Assembly: GCA_020137815.1 (NCBI GenBank)
Contig: CM035352.1
Span: 6,944,001 to 7,008,000 of the forward strand
Source of the DNA: Hormiphora californensis
Lineage: Eukaryota > Animalia > Ctenophora
Reading direction: 5' to 3'
Length of the DNA stretch: 64,000 bases
In this document: piece by piece, positions 56,785 through 64,000 of the stretch
How the letters are laid out: each line of letters opens with the position of its first letter
Numbering within the stretch: position 1 is the stretch's first letter
Made by a program: the position numbers and the translations under genes
Notes under the pieces: generated by a model
What the model was told of the DNA's origin: nothing
Database searches by the model: none
What the model saw: the letters and a program-made list of their open reading frames with translations, nothing else

Positions 56785-59700
56785 GTTCCCCTTTGCAGAG
56801 GCTAAAGATTGGACTGCTGAACTGTTTCTCGTTAAGAAACAAAACGGTCGATATTCTCGAACTTATGATTGATCGTGGACTGGATGTTCTTGCAGTTACG
56901 GAAACGTGGCTGCAGAGTGGAGAGAAAGCTCTGTGTGCTGATATTAAAGATGCTGGGTTTGATATCCAGCACCTTCCAAGGAATGGCCGCGGTGGGGGAG
57001 TTGGAGTCATCACACTTCGGAGTGTTAAGATTGGCAAGGCTAAGTCTCGTGTTGTTGCTACATCATTTGAACACCAGGAGGTACTTCTTAAAGCATTTTC
57101 ACCTACAAGGATTGTTGTTATCTATAGGCCAGGAAACAGCTCGAGTTTCTCTCTATTCCTTGAGGAGTTCGAGCAGATCCTTTCATGTGCAAACGAGAAC
57201 CATGAAGCCACAATAATCTGTGGAGACTTCAATATCCCCATCCAGGATGCTCAACATCCACAAACAAGGAAGTTCCAAAAACTTCTTAGTGAGTTTGGCT
57301 GGAGAAACATTGTGAATGAGAAAACACATGTCAAAGGCGGGACTCTAGACCTAGTCCTTGTCCAGACCGCACACGAGACAACGTTGGACTTGTCTAATGT
57401 TTCAGTGTCACCCGTTCCAGATGTTCCTGACCACTTTTTAGTCACTCTTGAAGCCACAATAACTATGCCACCGCCGGAGCCAAAAGTAATCAAGTCCAGA
57501 AAGCTAAAAGACATTCAAAGAGAAGACCTTGCTGAGGCTATTTTGGGGACTGACCTCTGTGGAGATCTGCCTGAAGAACTGGAGGACTGCGTGAGACTAT
57601 ACAATAAGACTCTGCGTGATATCCTAGATGAGTTAGCTCCAATCGAGAAAATGATTATGAAGCACAGGAAGCGCAACAGATGGTGGACACCAAAATGCCA
57701 ACAACTAAAAAGAAAGAGACGTGCAGCAGAAAGACGGTGGCTAAAAGCTCGCCTGAACTCAAATGATCGTGGAAGACTAACAAAAATGTTTACTGCATGG
57801 AAAAACGCCAGTAGAGAAGCAGCAACTCTAATCTGTAATTCTCGTTCTCAATACTACTTCTCACGCCTGGACAAACTGACTACAGATGGAAAAGCCACAT
57901 TTGCTATAGTAAATAAATTGCTTGATATCGAGAAAACACCTACAGAGCTGCCATCTCAACACTCTCCTGATGCTTTAGTAACCAAGTTCAACGAGTTCTT
58001 CAGAAATAAAGTGGCTAAGATCTACAATGATATTGAGAAGCTTCCATATGTCACAACTCAACCGTCTTCTGGCCCTCCTACTCCTGCTCTCCCTGGACCT
58101 CCCGTTCCTGCTCTCCCTGGCCCTCCTGTTCCTGCTCTCCCTGATTCTCCTGTTCCCGCTCTCCCTAGCCCTCCTGCTTTCGCTGGCCCTTCTGTTCCTG
58201 CTCTCCCTGGCCCTCCTACTCCTGCTCTCCCTGTTCCTGGCCCTTCTGTTTCTGCTCTCCCTGGCCCTCCTACTCCTGCTCTCCCTATTCCTGGCCCTCC
58301 TGTTCCCGCTCTCCCCAGCCCTCCTGCTCCTGCTCTCCCTGTTCCTGGCCCTTCTGTTCCTGCTCTTCCTGGCCCTCCTACTCCTGCTCTCCCTGTTCCT
58401 GGCCCTCCTGTTCCTGCTCTCCCCAGCCCTCCTGCTCCTGCTCTCCCTAGCCCTCCTGCTCCTGCTCTTCCTGGACCTCCTGTTCCTGTTATCCCTAGCC
58501 CTCCTGCTCCTGATATCCCTAGCCGTGCTACATCACCTCCCAAACTAATATGCTTTCAGCCAGTCACTGATGAAGATTTGCTCAAAATTATCCGTGGAAT
58601 GCAGAAAAAGTCTTGTTCTCTTGACCCGATGCCATCCACAATGGTATCTTCTGTTCTTATTGAGCTTCTTCCGGCTATCTCCAAAATCATCAACGACAGT
58701 CTAAAGACAGGAATTTTCCCTACCAAGTTCAAAGAAGCAGTCATCAGGCCGGCATACAAAGGAAAAGGTCTTGACCCTGAAGATCTTGGCAGCTACCGCC
58801 CAATCAGTAATCTACCATTTGTGTCAAAGATCATTGAGAAATGTGTATCTTTACAGTTGACCGAGCATTTAGAGAGCCATCAGTTGCTATCGGGAGTTCA
58901 ATCTGCTTACCGCAAACACCATAGTTGTGAGACTGCAACACTAAAAGTTGTTAACGATCTTCTGCTACTGCTTGATAAGAAGTCAAAGGCTGTGCTACTA
59001 CTGCTGGACCTATCTGCAGCATTTGACACAGTTCAACACAGCAAACTACTAAAGAAGATGCGGACGGACTACGGAATAGAAGATACTGCTCTCGCCTGGT
59101 TCAAATCATATCTCACAGGTCGGTCCACCTCGGTACAAATTGGAGATGCACGATCAAGATCGATAGAGGTGGATATTGGTGTGCCGCAGGGTAGCATCCT
59201 AGGGCCTATTCTCTTCATTATGTATACCAAAGAGCTCCAGTCGATTGCGGAAAAGCATGGTCTTAACATTCACCTCTTCGCTGACGACACCCAGATCTAT
59301 ACTAGTTTTAGGCCGGAAACCTTTGACTTTGTTGTGGATAAATTACAAAATTGTATCAGTGACATCAAGCAATGGATGAAGCAAAACTACCTCAAGCTAA
59401 ATGCCAGTAAAACGGAAATTCTGATACTCAACCACAAAGCCGACCGCACTCCTGGGCCAACTGGATTAGTGATTGAAAAAGACGAAAGTCCAATCGTACA
59501 ATCTACGGAAATCGAATCAACGACAAGTGCCCGTAATCTCGGTATTTGGCTCGATCCCACCCTCTCAATGGCAAGCCATATCTCGAAAATTGTCCAAGCA
59601 TGTAATATGCAACTTCTGAATCTGTGGAGGATAGCTAGAAAACTTCCCAGGCAACTGAAAATCAAGCTAGTGCATTCGTTAATACACTCTCGCCTAGACT

Positions 59701-60149
59701 ATGGAAATGCCCTACTCTATGGTGCCACAGAATCTGATTTAAACCGCCTCCAAAAGGTCCAAAACAGTGCTGTACGGTTCGTCTATGGAACAAGAAAGAG
59801 GAGAGGAGTGACCCAGATGCGGAAAGACCTACACTTCCTTCCGATCAAAAGCAGAATCATCTTCAAAATCTGCTTACTAACATACAAATCCATCAATGGA
59901 ATGGCTCCCCCCTACATCTCCAACCTGATCCCCCTCCGGAAGCCAAAGGTCAAGGTAGTCAGGGCAGACGAGGATAGCACACTCCTCCACAAACCATACA
60001 CACACAAGTACACATCCACTAGTAGAGCCTTTAGTATTAGTGCACCTAAACTGTGGAATGAGTTGCCGAAACCCCTGCGAGAAAGTGAATCTGTCGATGT
60101 GTTTAAACAGCAACTTAAAACTTACCTCTTTAAGAAAGCTTATTGCTAA
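56706..60149 (+). CDS. L2 ORF2: APE endonuclease + reverse transcriptase with Pro-rich insert
   Basis: 1147 aa; AVTETWL, CGDFN, PDH; YRPISNLPF, QSAYRKHHSCETA, LLDLSAAFDTV, GVPQGSILGP, FADDTQ; L2-type C-terminus RAFSISAPKLWNELP..FKQQLKTYLF. Confidence 0.93.
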   Translation: MCIHTQRCFQRLPELPETNPEPKKLLSSPLQRLKIGLLNCFSLRNKTVDILELMIDRGLDVLAVTETWLQSGEKALCADIKDAGFDIQHLPRNGRGGGVGVITLRSVKIGKAKSRVVATSFEHQEVLLKAFSPTRIVVIYRPGNSSSFSLFLEEFEQILSCANENHEATIICGDFNIPIQDAQHPQTRKFQKLLSEFGWRNIVNEKTHVKGGTLDLVLVQTAHETTLDLSNVSVSPVPDVPDHFLVTLEATITMPPPEPKVIKSRKLKDIQREDLAEAILGTDLCGDLPEELEDCVRLYNKTLRDILDELAPIEKMIMKHRKRNRWWTPKCQQLKRKRRAAERRWLKARLNSNDRGRLTKMFTAWKNASREAATLICNSRSQYYFSRLDKLTTDGKATFAIVNKLLDIEKTPTELPSQHSPDALVTKFNEFFRNKVAKIYNDIEKLPYVTTQPSSGPPTPALPGPPVPALPGPPVPALPDSPVPALPSPPAFAGPSVPALPGPPTPALPVPGPSVSALPGPPTPALPIPGPPVPALPSPPAPALPVPGPSVPALPGPPTPALPVPGPPVPALPSPPAPALPSPPAPALPGPPVPVIPSPPAPDIPSRATSPPKLICFQPVTDEDLLKIIRGMQKKSCSLDPMPSTMVSSVLIELLPAISKIINDSLKTGIFPTKFKEAVIRPAYKGKGLDPEDLGSYRPISNLPFVSKIIEKCVSLQLTEHLESHQLLSGVQSAYRKHHSCETATLKVVNDLLLLLDKKSKAVLLLLDLSAAFDTVQHSKLLKKMRTDYGIEDTALAWFKSYLTGRSTSVQIGDARSRSIEVDIGVPQGSILGPILFIMYTKELQSIAEKHGLNIHLFADDTQIYTSFRPETFDFVVDKLQNCISDIKQWMKQNYLKLNASKTEILILNHKADRTPGPTGLVIEKDESPIVQSTEIESTTSARNLGIWLDPTLSMASHISKIVQACNMQLLNLWRIARKLPRQLKIKLVHSLIHSRLDYGNALLYGATESDLNRLQKVQNSAVRFVYGTRKRRGVTQMRKDLHFLPIKSRIIFKICLLTYKSINGMAPPYISNLIPLRKPKVKVVRADEDSTLLHKPYTHKYTSTSRAFSISAPKLWNELPKPLRESESVDVFKQQLKTYLFKKAYC
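58069..58525 (+). repeat. Degenerate 24/30-bp pyrimidine-rich tandem repeat encoding (GPPVPALP)-like units inside ORF2
   Basis: Repeated GGCCCTCCTGTTCCTGCTCTCCCT; frame is preserved. Confidence 0.9.
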
Positions 60150-61371
60150 GTGTCTCTCATTATCGGTGATATTTTACACAGTGATCACTACCAGGGTCAG
60201 TGAACATCTGAATTTTAATTATTAACTGTTTTTTTACTACCACTAATATTTTTTATCACTCTTGTACACTGTTATCCATGTAAACTGTTCTCCCTGTAAA
60301 CTGTTTACTACTGTATGCTGTTTCTATGCATGACTCATGTATTGATTCTGTATACTGTTTCTGTAACAATGTGCACGTATTTTTTTATTATATATACAGA
60401 TTATATATTTTATATGATACATTAAATCGTACTTACCTCAGTTCTATACCAACACCCACATCTCCACTACCCATACATGTCCATCACTCACCAACACATT
60501 CACTTACTCACCTATACTTAATAATAGTCTATAACAATTAACTTATCTCTCTTAATATGAATAGTATTATATTATGTCTTTATTACTTATTCAATTAATA
60601 AATATGATTGCACTCTTTTTAATCGAATTCTATAAATCAAATTAATTTATTAACTTAATTTATAAATAATCATCATAGCATGCATATTCTCTTACTAATA
60701 CATAATATTTTGATGTTATCTTGACTGAGCGTTAAAAATATGTTATTGGCTCTCCTTTACCACTGGCCCTTTCTTGGACCGCTTTAGAAAGTGGTAAATG
60801 GTGTAGCATCGATCTGATTGAATCAGTAGCAAGCCATTTATTTTAAACACTATTAAGCGGTATATTAAATGTCATGAATTATTATTATTATTATTATTAT
60901 TAAACGGTATCAGTTAGAGAATCGATAGCCCTAACCGATAACCCCAAACCAAACCCTAACCAGACCCTAACGGATAGCCCTAACCCGTCGCGCGCGCCAA
61001 AACTACAAATTGTTAGCAATGAAAGGCACCCAGATTTTAACGTTTTCCGTTCGGCCCCCTCGGCTATCACCTTCTGCTCATATTCCAAAAGATTCCTGTC
61101 TAGTAGTGCGGACCTGATCTAAACGCACTGTCTGATCAAAACTGGGATAAAGTCCATTTTTATTCAACTGTTCACCCCTCAACTCGTGCGCGTGCGATAT
61201 TTTAATTTACGCTGCGCGCGCTACACGTTAACATGTGATAAACGCGCAAAACAATTCCGCGCACGACTTTGGGGGGTGAACAGTTGAAAAAAAATGGAGT
61301 ATAGACAGGTAGTAAAAGAGTTGCCAGTTAATCAAAAGGCTGAGTAAAAAGTCTCTACCAAAGACTTAAGT

Positions 61372-61986
61372 CAGGGACGGCGCTGGGCCTTGGGCCCAGC
61401 AAGTCCCTGGGTGTCCGGGGCCAGGGGCGGCAGCCTCGGTCAGGGGGTGTGGGGGGTGAAACCCCCCACAAGCAGGGTCCAGGGGCGCAGCCCCGGCGGG
61501 GGCGTAGGGGGCAGAGCCCCCGCAGGCAGGGTCCAGGGGCTGCAAGCCCCGGTGGGGGTTGAGGGGGCGAAGCCCCCCGAAAATTTCGGACATTTTTACG
61601 CGTATTTAGTCGATTTTAAGCATTTCTGAACTCCTTTTGTGAAAAATGGAAAAAAAAGATGAAAGTTTCTTGATCACGAGAAAAAAAAAATCATCCGTGC
61701 GCACACACAATTTTCTGGGTGAACCGGACACCCTGGTCACGTCAAAATGCACTGTGGCGCGCGGAAGAACCCTCTTTATGCTCTGCCGTGCGTTACAGGT
61801 GCGCGCAGTGCACCTGGGTGTCCGGCAGAGCTCCGGTCACCCGGCTGCACGCAAATCCAAAATTTCCCAGTTTTCATCGATTTTTTTCAATTTTTTTTGT
61901 TTTTTTCCATTTTTTCTTCTTTTCTATTTCCGTCTTTCTGGTCTGGGTGTCCGCGGACACCCGGACACCCACGAGCGCCGTCCCTG
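61372..61986. mobile_element. hAT-like MITE with GC-rich interior
   Basis: CAGGGACGGCGCT...AGCGCCGTCCCTG TIRs, 8-bp TSD ACTTAAGT on both sides; a related inverted fragment at ~18560-18710. Confidence 0.8.
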
Positions 61987-62071
61987 ACTTAAGTTTCTCC
62001 GGCCTTCTATCATCTCTCACTAGCCACCGTGGGTGACAACGTGTCAGCGTTTTTGTTCACTTTTTTTCGAT

Positions 62072-63417
62072 AAGGATAATGTTTTAATTATGCACTGAAC
62101 TGCTGTAGACATCACCCACTCACTTCATACACACACAAACACCCACACACATGACCAAGCCTGTACGACAGGTTATTGATCACCGGCTGTATTACAGCAC
62201 GAGAGAGCCGTCACTAGTATCGTGCAGTGATCCGAAGATCATGATAACAATTAATATGACGTGATCAACTGCTATAGCCCAACTGTTCATTCTGAGAATT
62301 CTGATACAAAGATATTATTTGCCGTACTGATATATGAGGTAACTCCAACCCCCCAGTTTCATCTCCTTGTTTAACATGGGAGTTACCAAGGGAATCCACT
62401 GGGTTCGATTAATCTAGGCACATACCCACAGTACTATTCGAATTGGCGTATCTTTATATCAGGAATCTCGGATAGCAACAATCCTTGTGTTTTATTGCTA
62501 TCTGAACAGATTAGGCGTATAGACAGGGCTCTTATTATCAGCAGTGCTCACGTTTCAAGGATAATGTTTTAATTATGCACTGAACTGCTGTAGACATCAC
62601 CCACTCACTTCATACACACACAAACACCCACACACATGACCAAGCCTGTACGACAGGTTATTGATCACCGGCTGTATTACAGCACGAGAGAGCCGTCACT
62701 AGTATCGTGCAGTGATCCGAAGATCATGATAACAATTAATATGACGTGATCAACTGCTATAGCCCAACTGTTCATTCTGAGAATTCTGATACAAAGATAC
62801 AAAGTTAAACAAGGAGATGAAACTGGGGGGTTGGAGTTACCTCATATATCAGTACGGCAAATAATATCTTTGTATCAGAATTCTCAGAATGAACAGTTGG
62901 GCTATAGCAGTTGATCACGTCATATTAATTGTTATCATGATCTTCGGATCACTGCACGATACTAGTGACGGCTCTCTCGTGCTGTAATACAGCCGGTGAT
63001 CAATAACCTGTCGTACAGGCTTGGTCATGTGTGTGGGTGTTTGTGTGTGTATGAAGTGAGTGGGTGATGTCTACAGCAGTTCAGTGCATAATTAAAACAT
63101 TATCCTTGAAACGTGAGCACTGCTGATAATAAGAGCCCTGTCTATACGCCTAATCTGTTCAGATAGCAATAAAACACAAGGATTGTTGCTATCCGAGATT
63201 CCTGATATAAAGATACGCCAATTCGAATAGTACTGTGGGTATGTGCCTAGATTAATCGAACCCAGTGGATTCCCTTGGTAACTCCCATGTTAAACAAGGA
63301 GATGAAACTGGGGGGTTGGAGTTACCTCATATATCAGTACGGCAAATAATATCTTTGTATCAGAATTCTCAGAATGAACAGTTAGGCTATAGCAGTTGAT
63401 CACGTCATATTAATTGT
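62072..63417. repeat. ~485-bp tandem unit that switches strand at ~62800 (large fold-back)
   Basis: 62072-62313 recurs at 62557-62799; 62804-63417 is the reverse complement of the same unit. Confidence 0.9.
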
Positions 63418-64000
63418 TTTTTTTCGATAGTTTCCGTTTTTAGTTTTGTAGCATTTGTGCTGCGTGTAATTCCTGATTACTTCCACAATCCACTCTCCAG
63501 GCTCCTCTACCGAGGCTAAATAGTGAACCTTAATGAAGTTCAAGAGCGTCCAAGAGCGCACCGGGTCCAAGGGCGCACCAGGAGCAGGAGAGTACCCCAT
63601 CCAGAAGACACAGGGGATACCATGCACTGAAGATATCACGCACGCAAATACAACGCCGCGGACATCTTCTGCGTGTGGTATCCCCTGCATATGGTCTCTT
63701 CTGGATGGGGTGCACTCTTGGATGTGATGTGCTTTTAGACTTGGTGCGCTCTTGATTGTGGTATCTTCTGGGTGTGGTGCGCTCTTGGATGTGGTATCTT
63801 TTGGATGGGGTGCGCTCTTGGGCTCTCTTGGACGCTCTTGAACTTTATTATGATTCACTATAGTAAGAGCTGCCGAAGTTAGCCAGGTCCTGCTCTCTGG
63901 ACCCTACTAAGACTCTACTAAGACTCTACTAAGACTCTAGAGCCATGAGATTTTATATCTTATTCGTCTGATATCTGATTAACATACATTAGCATACTTT

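Larger units (their letters stand above)
55547..60903 (+). mobile_element. Full-length, intact L2-clade non-LTR retrotransposon
   Basis: SL sequence at 5' end, CCHC ORF1, uninterrupted APE-RT ORF2, long AT-rich 3' UTR, (ATT)n tail at ~60878-60902, TAAAC at both junctions. Confidence 0.9.

Noticed and set aside
63400-63858. 152-aa ORF with KSAPHP repeats
   Set aside because: Largely a short ~33-bp tandem repeat running into the fold-back repeat; no recognisable domain.

Overview
Gene-dense, intron-rich animal genomic DNA, very probably a ctenophore: it carries two copies of what I recall as the ctenophore spliced-leader exon and several genes nested in introns. On the + strand are the 3' part of an animal FAS-like gene (KS-MAT-degenerate DH, apparently ending without ER/KR/ACP/TE), a TMEM106-family gene and an ACAP (BAR-PH-ArfGAP-ANK) gene. 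On the - strand are an intronless GPI and, just downstream, an NAD kinase. Introns hold at least four nested genes (7TM GPCR, acidic disordered ORF, secreted F-type lectin-like protein, unknown membrane protein) and many MITEs, and a CR1-like LINE sits in an FAS intron; an L2-like LINE lies beside GPI. Top finding: these two unrelated LINEs, 42 kb apart, both begin with the identical 37-nt spliced-leader sequence, pointing to retrotransposition through SL trans-spliced RNA. Second finding: an array of about 26 in-frame 3' splice sites in NADK. Exon boundaries were read by eye (GT/AG plus frame and homology) and may be off by a few bases. The 38.4-40.4 kb segment looks like low-quality assembly.
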